In this document: positions 12,788 to 26,059 of the stretch, piece by piece | How the letters are laid out: each line of letters opens with the position of its first letter | How positions within the stretch are numbered: the first letter of the stretch is position 1 | NCBI RefSeq assembly: GCF_963921235.1 | Contig: NC_086109.1 | Location: 1,798,001 to 1,862,000 of the forward strand | Reading direction: 5' to 3' | DNA from: Mobula hypostoma | Taxonomy: Eukaryota | DNA length: 64,000 nt | Translations under genes and position numbers: made by a program | The notes under the pieces: model-generated | What the model was told of the DNA's origin: nothing | What the model saw: the letters and a program-made list of their open reading frames with translations, nothing else | The model's database searches: none

Positions 12788-13329
12788 CTAAGTAGACCTA
12801 TCAGTTTTCTCTGTGGGCGGGCTGTACAGCCGACCTCAAAAATGAGTGTGGCTGGCTGCACTGTTTACAACAGTGACTTTTCTATTGCCCAAGGCGGGTT
12901 AAAATGTTAAAGACATGTTGAGGTGAGTTTAACAGGTGCCATTCGTTCATTAGCCCAGCTAACGTTATTTAAACTAGCTGGCTGGCTGCCAAGGAGCTAC
13001 TCTATTGATGTCCTACATGATGAGGCCAAACTCCCTGTAGAGTTGCTTAAAGTTGTCATAGAGTAAACATGATAATATAACATAGTAGAAGTACATATTT
13101 TAATGTCATATTTTCTGCATGTAGCCAACTTGGTTTACAGATTAGACAAAATCACTAAGCAAAGTATTACATACACCCTTGGAGGTCGACCAGTGGGGGG
13201 CGGGGGGAATACGGGGTTGTGGGGGGCAGGGGTGCTACCTCCCTGAAATGGTGGTCGTACCTCCCTGAAATGAGTTTTTGCAGGGTGGGATGTGTATGTG
13301 ACATCACTTGTCCCCTTGTCCCCTCCCCA

Positions 13330-15360
13330 ATGATCTCCCTCCTAACATTTATCCTTGCAAGTGGAAGAAATGCTGCACCCACCCATTCACCTCCTTCCCC
13401 CCTCACCACCGTTCACAGCCCCGAACAGTCCTTCCAGCTGAGGCAACATTTCAAGTGCAAGTCCGTCAGGGTCACCTACTGAATCACTTCTTATCAGTGT
13501 GTATCTGTGAGACACAAATAGACACAAGTGTGGGCTGTTCCTTTGTCAAGCATCTTCAGTCTGGCCACAACAGAGAAGATTTCCTGGTGGCTAACTATTT
13601 TAATTCCACTTTGCTTTCCCATTTCAACATGTTGGTCCATGGCCTCTTCTACGGTCACAATGAGGCCAAACTCAGTTGGAGGATCAACACCTCATATTCT
13701 AGCTGGGAAACCTCTAATCTGACAACATGAACATCGATTCTCCAAATTACAGTCATTTCCCTTCCTCCCTTCCTCCTCATTTTCCATTTGCTATTTAGCT
13801 TCCCTCTGTTATGTACCCCTAGGGGTCATAATTTTTTATCGGCTATACCTTTAAAAAGAGAGAGAGAGTTGTACAACACAAACACCTTGTTATTAAGAGA
13901 GAGAGAGGCAAAGATTGCTTTGAGATGGTGTTATGGTTTCTCTTGTTATGTACCCCTGGGGTTCCTTTTTGCTGTGAGCTGTCACTTTAAGGCACGAGGA
14001 AGAACTTTTGGATTTCTGCTGAGAGAGAGAGGGGCAGAGTCTACCTTCCAGCTCGTGTTTTGAATTTACAAGGACTACTGACTACTGCTGTCAGCTCTTG
14101 GGTTGCCATGGAAAGAGAGAGAGGTGGAGTTATTTGATGGATAATCGATGTTATGGTTTCTCTGCAGTTTACTTTTTACAAGGACATTTACAGACACAGA
14201 GAAACACATGCTCGAAGTCAAGATGGATTCGATCAATGAAAGACACCAGTGAGTGAGGTCCTGGTTTTAACTTTCAGTAGACCGAAAAGGGGTGAGTTGG
14301 GTTCAATACTGAGTATTGATAAATGACTCTTACAAGTTTTCTGCATGTTTTCTGGAACGAGTTTGCAGGAAGAGAGAAGGGAGGAGCTGCTTGATGGACA
14401 GTTGGTATTCAGCACAGTGAGATAACTAGAAGGTCAGCTGTTAGACCTACAGACACATGGTTTTGGACACTGAATGAGCTTTGTTGTGCCCACAGAAAAG
14501 GTGGGTTTTGGAGGATCGATCAGTGGCTCTTGAAGTGTAAAATGGGTGTGACCAGTGGGGAGTTATTTGTGTGCCAACCCTTGCCTGGGTTGATAATTCC
14601 ACCAAAGAAGAACGGTCCCCTTTGTTGTAGTCACAGTCGGTGACTTCTAAAGGATTTTGGAGGACAACGGGAAGATCAACGGTGTCAGCTCACCTGAAGA
14701 CTCAAATCTCTCTCTCCATCACTACTCAACTCAATACCATGAACTGAACTGAGCAGTACTCATCATTGTAAGAAGATCTATTCACCCCTAAACTTGAAGA
14801 AGCTTGGTTTTCATTTATTTCTACGCACATGTATATATTCATTGCTAACCTGTTTTATATATATAATTTTATATTACTGTACTGTATAGTTACTAACAAA
14901 TACCATTAGCTACTAGCAATACTGGACTCCAAAGTGTTTTCTATTTATGCTGGCTCTTTATTCCTGTCACTGGGTACGTGACACCTCCTACTCCTCTTCA
15001 ATGTCCATCATTCTGCCCCGGTGCCTCTCCTTCTTCCCTTTCTCCCATGGTCTACTCTCCTTTTCTATCAGATTTCTTCTTCTTCAACCCTTCCACCAAT
15101 CGCCTCCTAGGTTCTCACATAATCCCCCCTCCCAACTCATCCACTCCCTCCTCACCTGGTCTCACCTATCACGTGATGGCTTGTACTCCTTACTCACGCC
15201 ACACCTAGTTTCTAGCTTCTGCCCCCTTCCTTTCCAGTCCTGATGAAGGTTCTTGGCCCAAAACGCTGACTGTTTTCCTCTCCATAGACTCTGCCTGACC
15301 TGCTGAGTTCCTCCAGCATGATGTGAGTGTTGCTCTGGATTTCCAGCATCTTTAGAATCT
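13330..15360 (+). mobile_element. Penelope-like 3' region (GIY-YIG remnant plus terminal hammerhead-like motif at 15235-15272), split by a solo LTR
   Basis: Colinear with 61010-61740. Ends in CAGTC-CTGATGA...AAAACGCT-GACTG plus the conserved tail. Confidence 0.75.
13807..14983. mobile_element. Solo LTR (Gypsy-like) with 4-bp target-site duplication
   Basis: Termini TGTTATGTACCC ... GGGTACGTGACA (TG...CA, imperfect 12-bp inverted repeat). CCTC flanks both sides (13803-13806 and 14984-14987). Confidence 0.85.
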
Positions 15361-15529
15361 CTTGTGTAAATGCTTTGGGAAAGTACAAGGGAACAGGTCC
15401 ACAGCAATGTTTTGAGAACTCAGAGTGAGTAGCAGCCTACTGCCTGCATAATCTCCCATATTTCTATCATCCATGTGTCTTTCTAAATGTCACTAATGTC
15501 ACTAATGTAACTGTTTCTGCCACCACCAA

Positions 15530-17150
15530 GTGCTCCCATCACTATCTGTGTAAAAGCACCTACCTCAGTCATCCACCCTATAATTTCCTCCCAACAGCTT
15601 ACAATTATGTCCCCTGATACTCGCCATTTCCTTCATGGGAAAATGTCTCTGGCTGTACACGCAATCTATGCCTCTTATCACCCAGTACACCTCTATCATC
15701 ACCTCTGATCCTCCTTTGCTTCAAAGACAAAATTCCAGTTTGATCAACCTGTCCTCATAGCATACGCTCTGTAATCCCGGTATATCTCCTCTGCACTCTC
15801 TCTAGCTTCCACACCCTTCCTATAATGAGGCAACCAGAAGTGAGCACAATACTCCAACTGAGGACTAACCAGAGTTTTATAGAACAATATTGCCTCACAG
15901 CACCTGAGCTCAATCACCCGACACATCATATACTTTCTTAATAACTTGTCATTTTATGCAGTGACTTTGAGGAATCTATGGATGTAGACCACAAGATCTG
16001 TTACCCCTCACTGTTAAAAATCCTGTTATTAACCTGTATTCTGCCTTTCAAATTTGACTTTCAAAGTGAATCTCTTCGCAGTTTTCCAGGACTCCATCTG
16101 CCACTTCTCAGCCTTGCTCTGTAACCTGGAACAACCTTGAACACTTCCACAACATGACCAACCTTTGCGTATCTGCAGACTTACTAAACCACCATTCCAC
16201 TTCCTCATCCAAGTCATTTATTCAGATCACAAATAGTTAAGGCTCCCCGAACAGATCACTGATCACCAACCTCCAGGCAGAATGCACCCAATCGCCAACT
16301 ACGCTCTGCCAATTCTGAATCCAGACAGCCAAGCTTCCCTGGATGCCATACTTCCTGACATTCTGAATAAGCCTGCCACAGGGTACCTTATCAAACACCT
16401 TATTAAAATCCATACACACTACATCCACTGCCTTACCTTCATCAATGTGCTTTGTCACATCCTCAAAGAGTTCAATTACTCTCACAATGCATGAATTTCC
16501 CATCACAAAGCAATGCTGACTATCCCTAATCAGACTTTGCTTCTCCAGATACTTGTAAATCTCGTTTCTAAGAATCTTCTCCAATAATTTGCCCACTACT
16601 GAAGTAAGAATTAGTAAGACTCACTACTCTGTAATTCTCAGAGTTTTCCCTACTCCCTTTCTTGAACAAAGGAATAACATTTGCTACTCTCCAATCATCT
16701 GGTACTACTACTGTGGCCAGTGAGGATTCATCGATAATTGCCAAAGGTACAGCAATCACACCTCCCATAGAGGTGTATCCTGTCCAGACATGGGGACTTA
16801 TTTATCCGAACATTTCCCAAAAGTTTCAGCACATCCTCTGACTTAACGATAACATGTTCCAGAATATCAGTCTGGTCTATGCTCAAACTCACATTTGTCA
16901 AGGTCCTTCTCACTGGTCCTCTACCTCTACATTTCCTCTTTCATCCCTGGTCATTCCTACCCTCTCTTTAGCCATTCCCCTGTTCTTCAATATGCAGCAT
17001 GTGTAGGACTTGGAATCTTTCTTAATTCTACCTGTCAAGGCCATCTCCTGCCCTCCCCCACTGCAGTTTTCCCAAGTCCATTCTTCAGCTCCTTCCTGGA
17101 TACCCTGTAACTCTCTAGAGCCCTGACTTGATCATTGCTTCCCAAACCTT
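15530..17150 (-). mobile_element. Degenerate CR1 ORF2 fragments
   Basis: ORFs such as MGKLLEKILRNEIYKYLE...FNKVFDKVPCGRL and LFYKTLVSPQLEYCAHFW. Confidence 0.8.
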
Positions 17151-17443
17151 AAGTAAGCTTTTTCGCTTCCTCTTGGCTAGATGTTCCATAGCTTTTGTCA
17201 GGTCATGGTTCCTCCATCCTCAATACTCACCCCAATGGTCCATATCTCCCTGTTTTTTCTATTCATGTACTTGTACAATTATCTGCTAAATATTGTAATA
17301 CAGCTTCAGGCAGCTTGTTTCATGTACCCAACAGTCTCTATAAAAAAAGTTGCTCTTGAGGTTCCTTTTAAAACTTTTCTCTCTCACCTTAAACCTGTGC
17401 AGTGTAGTATTAAAATGCCATTTCCTGGGGAAAAGAAAACTGA

Positions 17444-17540
17444 CTGTCCTGATGAAGGGTCTCGGCACAAAACATCGACTGTACCTCTTCCTAGAGATGC
17501 TGCCTGGCCTGCTGCGTTCACCAGAAACTTTGATGTGCAT
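17444..17540 (+). mobile_element. Penelope terminal fragment with hammerhead-like motif
   Basis: CTGTC-CTGATGA-AGGGTCTCGGCAC-AAAACATC-GACTG plus tail. Confidence 0.7.
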
Positions 17541-18709
17541 TGCTGTCCATGTTCTCCATATCTTTAATGATTATATATACTTCTACAGGATCACCCCTCA
17601 AGCTCCAGTGCTCCATGAAATGTAGACATAGACTATCCAGTCTGTTTTTACAACTCAAGCTCTCCAAGCCTGGTGACTTCATTGTGAATCTTTTCTGCAC
17701 TGTTTCTAGCTTCAGACACCCTTCCTGCAGTGGTGGGATCAGATCTGTGCACAGCGCTCCAAGAGTGGTCTCACCATTGACCTATACAGTTGTGTCATCA
17801 CATCCTAACTCTAGTACTCAATACCTGACTGATGAAACCAAATGTTACAGCTCCTTCTTCACCATCCTGTGGATGTAACTGCTACTGGACGATAATCATT
17901 CAGGCAGGTTACCTCGTTCTAACCACATTGGCACAGGTATGAGTGAAGCCTGGTTGAACAGGTGGGTACCTCACTGCCGAAGCGAGAACTCAAAGATATG
18001 AGTGAACGCTCCAGCCAGTTCATCAGTACAGGTCCTCAGTTCTTGGCCACTTACAATAGGGTCTTTTTAAGAGGCCCCTGGATAGGTACAGAGAGCTTAG
18101 AAAAATAGAGGGCAATGGGTAACCCTAGTTAATTTCTAAAGTAAGTACACTTTGGCACAGCATTGTGGGCTGAAGGGCCTGTATTGCGCTGTAGGTTTTC
18201 TATGTTTCTATGTTTTTTTAAACAAATTAGAATCAATGAAAAACAACAGAGATGGAGAAACAACCAATGAACAAAGACAATAAACACAATACAAAGAGAA
18301 AAGAAAATCAATTATAAATAAAATAAGGAAAAAATAATGTGAATACAAATTATAGGGTCCTTAAAAGTGAGTCCACAGGTTGTGGAATTTGTTCAGTGTT
18401 TGGGTGAGTGAAGTTACCCTGTCTGGTTCAAGAGGAGTAATAACTATTCCTGAACTTGGTGATGTGCAACTTGAGGTTCCTGTACCATCATCCTGATGGT
18501 AGCAGTATGAAGAGAGCATGAAATGGATGGTGGGGTTCTTGAGGATGGATGCTGCTTTATTTGCTTTGCATGATTATTTGCATGTTTGTAAATCTGGTGC
18601 CTGCTCAAGGATTTCCTACACACCCGACCACCACACGGGGTTTGTCCTGAGACTACTGGAGGCTGACTGTGGTGGAGTGAGAGAGAGAGGAGGGGGAAAG
18701 CAATTGAGA

Positions 18710-20260
18710 GATAAGAACATAAAAAATAGGAACCGGAGTAGGCACCAATAAGATCATGGCTTTCCTGACAATGGACTCATCTCCATCTACCTGCCTTTTC
18801 CCCGTAACCCTTCATTCCCCAACTATGCAAAAAATCTATCTAACATTCTTAAATATATTTCCCAAGGTAGCCTCCACTGCTTTATTGGGCAGCGAATTAC
18901 ACACATTCATCACTCTTTGGGTATAGGAGTTTTCGCTCATCGCCATCTTAAATTTATTCCCTCAAATTTTGAGGCTATGTCCCCTAGTTCTAGTCTTGTC
19001 TACCAGTGGAAATAACTTTCCTGCCCCTATCTTATCTATCCCTTTCATAATTTTATATATTTCTATAAGATCTCCTCTCATCTTTCTGATTTCCAGTGAG
19101 TACAGTCCCAGGTGACTCAATCTCTCCTCATAGTCCAACTCCCTCATCTCTGGAATCAACCTGGTGAACCTCCTCTGCACTGCCTTCAAAGCCAGTACAT
19201 CCTTCCTCAAGTAAGGAGACCAGAACTGCATGCAGTTCTCCAGGTGTGGCCTCACCAGTACCCTGTACAGTTGTAGCATAACCTCCCTGCTCTTAAATTC
19301 AATCCCTCTAGCAATGTAGGCCAACATCCCATTTGCCTTTTTGATAGCCTGCTGAACCTGCAAATGAACCTTTTGTGATTCATGCACAATCATTCCCAAG
19401 TCCTTTTGCACAGCAGCATACTGCGATCTTTTACCATTTAACTAATAATCTGATCTTCCATTTTTACTTCCAATGTGGATGACCTCATATTTACCAACAT
19501 TGTATTCCATCTGCCAGACCCTTTCCCACTCACTTAACCGATCTATGTCTCTCTGCAGACTCTCCATATCTTCTGTACAATTAGCTTTTCCACTCAACTT
19601 AGTGTCATCAGCAAACTTAGATACACTACACTCAGTCCCCTCCAGATCGTTAATGCATATCGGTAACAGTTGCAGGCCCAGCATCTAACCCTGCGGCACA
19701 CCGCACACCACTGATTGCCAATCAGAATAACACCCATGTATACCGACTTTCTGCTTCCTATTGTTTCACCAACGCTATATCCATGCTAAGACATCACCTC
19801 CAACTCTCTGCAGCCTTATCCTATCGATAAATCCTTTATATGGCACCTTATCGAACACCTTCTGGAAAGCCAAGTAAATAGCATCCATCTGTTCCCCTCT
19901 ATCCACTGTGCTCGTTATATCCCCAAAGAACTCCAGTAAGTTTCTCAAACAGGACCTTCCTTTGCTGAATCCATGTTGCGTCGTCCTGATGGATCCATTT
20001 CTTTTCAGATGCTTAGCTTTCTTCTTTAATGACAGCTTCAAGCATTTTGCCAACTACAAATGTTGAACTGACTGGCCTTTATTATCCTGCCTTTTGTCGA
20101 CATGCTTGTTTGGAACAGTGGCGTGACATTCACCATCCTCCAATCCGCCGGGACCTGCCCAGAGTCCAGAGAATTTTGGTAAATTACCACCAAAGCCTCA
20201 GCTATAACCTCTGCCATTTATTTCAGTACCCTGGGATGTATTCCACCAGGGGAGTTGTCC
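18710..20260 (-). mobile_element. CR1 LINE ORF2 (RT) 3' portion
   Basis: ORFs 18962-19411, 19442-19684 and 19775-20053 (-) with FADDTKL and LVRPHLENCMQFWSP. Tail near 18710. Confidence 0.9.
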
Positions 20261-20516
20261 CACGTCTGCTCAGCACTACCTCTTTAGTGATAGACTGGTA
20301 CAGGGTGGGTGCAGTAGGAGGAAACAGGCAGGGATAGCGATTAAACAAGGCTGTGGGCAAAGATAAAGTAGAGCAATGTGTCATAACAGACCGAGAGCAT
20401 CGTCTCACTGAATTCCTGCATTTCAGAAAGGGCTTGGCAGCTGTAACCAGAAATCTCCCAACAGTCTCCGAAACTCCAGATCGTCAAAAAGTGCTCAGTG
20501 TGGAATTCTCTTCGGG

Positions 20517-20562
20517 ATGGTGTCGCCCCTGCTCTGCGTTGCCGTCTGGGTCACCTGTGTGG
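20517..20562 (+). CDS. Signal-peptide (leader) exon MVSPLLCVAVWVTCV-g of the multi-V receptor gene
   Basis: Strong Kozak context gggATGG, 15 hydrophobic codons plus 1 nt, perfect donor GTAAGT at 20563. Phase 1 matches all downstream V exons (G+CT gives ...VTCV-A-GTGDS). Confidence 0.75.
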
Positions 20563-20919
20563 GTAAGTTCAGATTGTGGTCACCAGTAGTGATTAAAGAA
20601 CAGGGGGAACAGGTTGCACAATCGTGAGGGAGTGACCGGTGTGAAGCGTGTTTCTGCGATTGGCTTTCAACCCACTGTGGTCTGAGAGAGGGGCTACTGA
20701 CTTCTCCCTCCCTTCGCCTCTCATTCCACCCACTGCTCCCCTTCTCTTCCTCAGCCACCCGCTCCCCCCACCCCCACCACCCCACGCCCTGAGTCCCAAC
20801 AATCTCATTTTCTCACCACCATTTGCAAGGTTTAGTTTCCGTGATCAGCTCTGCTTGCGGAGCAGTGAGTGTGTGAGGTGTTCGCTGCGGGCAGAAGACT
20901 TTTCTGCCCATCGTGGCAT

Positions 20920-21135
20920 TCTCTGGGTCTGCCAGACCGCTATGACAAACAGACACAAAGCATCCCCTCCCCACCCCACCCCGCCTCATTCTGTGGGTCT
21001 GCCAGACCACTATGACAAACAGACTTAAAGCATCCTCTCCACCCCCCCACCCCTCCACCCCGCCTCATTCTCTGGGTCTGCCAGACCACTACTAAAAGCA
21101 GATGCAAAGCATCCTCTCCACCACCACCCCCCGCC
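20920..21135. repeat. Three tandem ~65-75 bp copies (TCTGGGTCTGCCAGACC.CTA...AAAGCATCC.CTCC)
   Basis: Direct repeats beginning near 20921, 20991 and 21070. Confidence 0.8.
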
Positions 21136-22869
21136 ACCCTCTCGGTTTTTGCTGAGAAGCCTTGGATTATCAGACTCGCCCCTCTCTGAAGTGTTCAGAG
21201 AGCTCTGTGTTTCTATCCATAAACTCAATCTCTATCCTCCTCTTTTCCCTTTCACTCTCTCTTCCTCCATGAGTAATCTAATGATGACAGAAATAATTTA
21301 CACCTAACTGTAGGGTTGGAGAGAAGTGTTGTAGATGGGGCAAACATTCTGAGAATAATCGTGCTGTGGATGTCACTAGCTTTCGATAGATAGATACTTT
21401 CCTTACTGATTGTGGTCTGCCAGTCAGGAGGTTAAAGATCGAGTTGCAAAGGGAGGTAGGCGTCTTTACTGGATGAGGAGTCAAATGAGGGGGCAGGGTG
21501 AAGAAGCCCTGTAGATGGTGCAAGCATTGTTTCTGTGGACCGCAGTGAGGGGGAGAACTCCACACAGCAGGGAGAAGGAGATGGTTTGTCCAGCTGGTCA
21601 GGGAGGCTGTGGGACGTGGAGGGGAACCTGTAGGTGGTGGTGCTTTACCCACGTGCTTTTTTCAATCTCCTGGTAGTGTTTCTCCCATGTCATTTGTACC
21701 CTCGTCCTGACTGCTCTTCTGCAGCCTGTAGAAACTCCCTTCAGGGTCTTGTAACCTTTGAAATTCTTCAACTCTACCCACAATGTTCTTCATCTTCTGA
21801 TCCTATCATCACTCTGTTTTATGGGTTTAATTTCATTTTTTACTGACAGTGCCACTCCTCCCCCCCCCCGATGGGATGTATATCGTTAGGTGTTTAGATC
21901 CCAGCTCTGACCCTCTTTCAGCCACATCTCCATAGTGCCCACAAGCTCGTACCCACCAGTTTTGATCATGGTAATACTTGGAGAGTCTATTTCTGGAGGG
22001 TCATCCAGTGAGGCTGTACATGTACAGCTTATAGGGGATGATCACTTTGATGGATGTACTGTGCTGTAGGTCCCAGTAATCAGTGGGAATTAGAGAAGTT
22101 ACAGATAGCTGTAGGAATAATAGGATTGTTACAGGTCCCTGACAGAGAATGGGACTGCCACAGTGCCAGGGTATTGAATGGGATGGAGTTAGTTGAATGT
22201 GTCAAGTAAGGCCTTCTGAAGAAATGTGTAGATGGTTCTCAAGTTTCAGAGTAAATTCATTATCTCAGTACATATATGTCACCATATACAACACTGACAG
22301 TTGTTTTCTTGCGGTAAATCCAAGGAACAGAACCGAATCTATGAAAGACCACACACAACAGGATTTATAAACCACCAATGTGCAAAAGACAACAAACTGT
22401 GCAAAAAAAAAAGAACAATAATAACTAACTGAGCAATAAATGTTGAGAACATGAGATGAAATGTCAAGGGCTGAAGAAAATGGAATCTGATAGGAGAGGA
22501 GTGTGGAGCATGGGAGAAAGGGAAGGAGAAAGCATGCCAGATTATCAGAGAAACTTGCTCACACCGATCAGACTTAAACAAAGACACAGACCCCGGTATT
22601 TGGTTCAATTTCTTCAGTACGTGATGAAGGAGAGCCCACTAACAGACTCTGCTAAAGCAAACATAAACATATTCTTTTATGCCTTAAAATATGTGCAGTT
22701 CAGCAGTTTTCAGGATCAAGAGTTCCTGCTTAGACCTTATTGACAAGGTTCAGGATGTTTCCATACATTACACAGAATTAGGCAGAGGATCCCCACAAAC
22801 ACAAGCTGTTTCCCATCGATTAGAAGAAAGCAAGCCATCAGTCCAGTAGCTGTTGGAGGCCGAAGGAAC

Positions 22870-24420
22870 CTCCCCATTCATCATAAGAAACCAAGTTATT
22901 AGTCATGTCGTCTTGAGGGCTAAGGGTGCTGCCTGACATACACCATCTGTGCTTATCAGTTCTTCATTTCTAACAGAACTTTCTACATCCATCCATATCA
23001 GTTCTGCATTACCAACAGAACTTTCTGCATCCGTGCTTATCAGTTCTTCATTTCTAACAGTCTGACTGGACAGGCAGATCCTATTTGCTTCTTACCCTGC
23101 CCTGCTATCCTCATGTTTTTGTTGAGCTTAATTTTCTTCCAGAGTCCCCTCCTTTTTGATCGTCAGATCACGTTCATCCCTCCTCACCTTCTGGATAGGG
23201 GGCTTCATAGCTTGGGGGTAGAGGCCGCATTGTCTAAACAAGCGTCTTCATACTCAGGATCAAAGGGTTACAACTTCACCTTTAGACATATCCCTGCCCG
23301 GGCTGGGATACCAGGGAAGATGAAAATTTAAAGATTCCTACTGCCACTACTATCAATACTAACATTAATACATAATGCACCACCGATGTTCACCACCATC
23401 CTTAGAGATTCCCAAAAAGCCACCACCGTCCGGGAGAATAATAGTTATGAAATTCTTCTCCTACCTTACATATTTCTTTCCCACTCTTCTGAATATGGCC
23501 GGCCATATGGGTTACATTCTTGGTCTCACTGAGTTCCTGTCCTGTGATAGCACTGGTTCCACCTTTCTCAGCTAGTGTGAAGTCCAGAGACATTCGATTT
23601 CTCAGGGCCACTCTCAGCAGTCAGTTTCAGAATCCGCTGCTGTGTTTCCTCCAGGACTAAAGTGGTATCACTGTCTATCTTTCAGCGGCTGAGGCCACTT
23701 GTGTCAATTCCTGAGCTGCCCTGTCTGCCCCAGAAGTAAGAAACAATCATCCAGAACCTCCCAGCCCCAGTGATAGCTCTCTTAATCCGGAGGTTGCGAT
23801 GCAAGTTTAGGGGTTTTAGGTGCCTCATAAAGAGAGCCACATAGGCCAAATAACAGACCGTGCCCAGTTTCGGGGCAGCCGGGAAAAGGCCCGGTAGCAG
23901 CAGGCAAGGTAAGTACCATTATCAGGAATCATATTGAAAATGAACTCTGTGTCGTCTGTTGATCGATTGTGTCGGTAGGCGAATTGTCGGGGGTCTCGTT
24001 TGGGTGGACGAAAGTTTAACTGCTAACGATAGCCCAGTTGTAGCCGAGTGTCCCAATGGGGGCACCTCTGCCTTCTGAGGGGTCTGGTTCTCTTCTTTCT
24101 TAGATTTAACCTTTGGTGGCTGTTAACATCTTGCCATCCCTTCCCAATTATTAAAACACCAGTTTGTCCCAGTTCAGATCCCCTTTGCTGTTTAGTGTTT
24201 CCAGGATGGAATTGTCTTTAGATCAATAAACCCACTGTACGGCCAATCACCACAACTTCACCCACACAAATCTCGAGAGACTGTTACAGAGTACCTGCTG
24301 TCCCTTGTTTCCAAAGAACTTTGTCGGCGAGCAAACCCGGGGAACCAACAGGTCACCCACGAGTTGTTTTGTCTACTTATAATTTTCAATCTTTCTTCGG
24401 ATATTGCTTATACTTTATTA
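22870..24420 (-). mobile_element. env: Endogenous retrovirus remnant: degenerate env plus polypurine tract and 3' LTR
   Basis: On the minus strand, NGTYLAC..LPRNW / GTVCYLAYV...HRNLRIKR|AITGAGRFWMIV (furin site 23778-23789), then ALRNRMSLDFTLAEKGGT (immunosuppressive-domain-like) and a hydrophobic anchor HYVLMLVLIVVAVGIF. PPT AAAAAGGAGGGGAC at 23144-23157, with U3-like direct repeats downstream. Confidence 0.8.
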
Positions 24421-25099
24421 TCTAGCACTCCCCCTTAGTTGGCCAACCAAATACTAAACACTGACGTCCCTGTTTTAATCTATATCAGTCTTGTCCCTTC
24501 TTCCAAATCCCTTCTTGTTCCTTACCCAAACTCAGGACTGGTCACCGGCCGGTCTGGGACAACCCTCTCCCCCAATCCTGACCTTGATTCTGAGTCAGAG
24601 TCAGAATCAGCTTTATTATCACAGGCATGAGTTGTGAAATTTGTTCACTTGGCAGCAGCAGTTCAATGAAAGACATACCGTAATATAGAAAAATTAATTA
24701 ATGTATATGTATATTGAAAAGGAAAGGTACGCTGCATCTGGAGTTTCTCCGGTTAGCAGACGATTTCCCTCCATGCCTCTCTGATGTAGTGAGGAACCAC
24801 ATAGGAGGCAAGTTACAGCAGTGGTTTGCCATTGCCTTCCATATTGAATATATTAAAAATTGTGCAAAAACAGAAATAGTAAAGAAGAACAGTAATAGAG
24901 GCAATGTGCTGTGAAACTACTAGCAAGGAGAGGCTGATGATTGGACAAAATTACAGTCAATAGGATGAGTCGCAAAACCTGGGAAGCTCCACACCCTGGG
25001 TCTCTGTACCTCCATCTGTAGCTGGATCCTCAACTTTCTAACCAGAAGACATAATCTGTGCAGATTGGAAATAACATCTCTACTTCGCTGACAATCAAC

Positions 25100-25540
25100 A
25101 CTGGCACATCTCAGCGATGCGTGCTTACTGCACACCCATGACCATGTGGCTTGGCACAGCTCAACTGTCATCTATCAATTTGCTGATGATACAACCATTG
25201 TTAGCAGAGTCTCAGATGGTGATGAGAGGGCGTACAGGAGCAGCTAGTTGAGTGATGTTGCCATAACTCACTTGCACTGAACATCAGTAAGACCAAAGAA
25301 CTGATTGTGGACTTTAGGAGGGGTAAGATGAGGGAACACACACTCCTCAGGGAGTGATCAGAAGTGGACACAGTGAGTATTTTCAAGTTCCTGGGTGTCA
25401 ATATCTCTGAGGAGGGAACCTGGACACAAAATATCGACGCAGCTATAATGACGAGAAAATAGCAGCTATATTTCATTAGGAGTTTGAGGAGATTTGTTTT
25501 GTCACAGAAAAGACTTGAAAATTTCTACAGATGTCCTGTG
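25100..25540 (+). mobile_element. Rex1/Babar-like RT fragment
   Basis: Degenerate FADDTTI..., LNISKTKELIVDFR and FKFLGVNIS motifs. Confidence 0.65.
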
Positions 25541-26059
25541 AGAAGCTTCCTATACATATTATAGATGGATAGATAGCTAGATGTACTTTATTAATCCCGA
25601 GGGAAATTTGGTTTCGTTACAGCCGCACCAATCAAGAATAGAGCGTAAATATAGCAATACAAGAACAACCAACAGTCAAACAACAAAATGCAAACTATGC
25701 CAGATGGAAAATAAGTCCAGGACCAGTCTATTGGCTCAGGGTGTCTGACTCTCCACGGGAGGAGCTGCACGTTCAATGGTCACAGGCAGGAACGACCTCC
25801 CAGACCGCCAAGGGTTGTATCACGGTGGAATGTGGCCGAAGTCCAACAGTAAAAAGTTCGGTATCCAGTCTGCAAACACGTTCCTCGATCGTAATATGGC
25901 CAGGATTGCACCTTCTGTTGTTAGCCAGAACAGTAAGCACCCAACTCCTTCACGCTTACTACCTTTACACCCTTTATTCTGCTTCTCTTTCCTCAAAGCC
26001 TCTCTGTATGTTAGATCTGGCTTTACTCCATGCACTTCTTTCACTGCTTTATCGCTCTG

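Noticed and set aside
23402-23611. Domesticated syncytin-like env gene
   Set aside because: The env has frameshifts and stops, and most of SU is not recognisable as an open frame.
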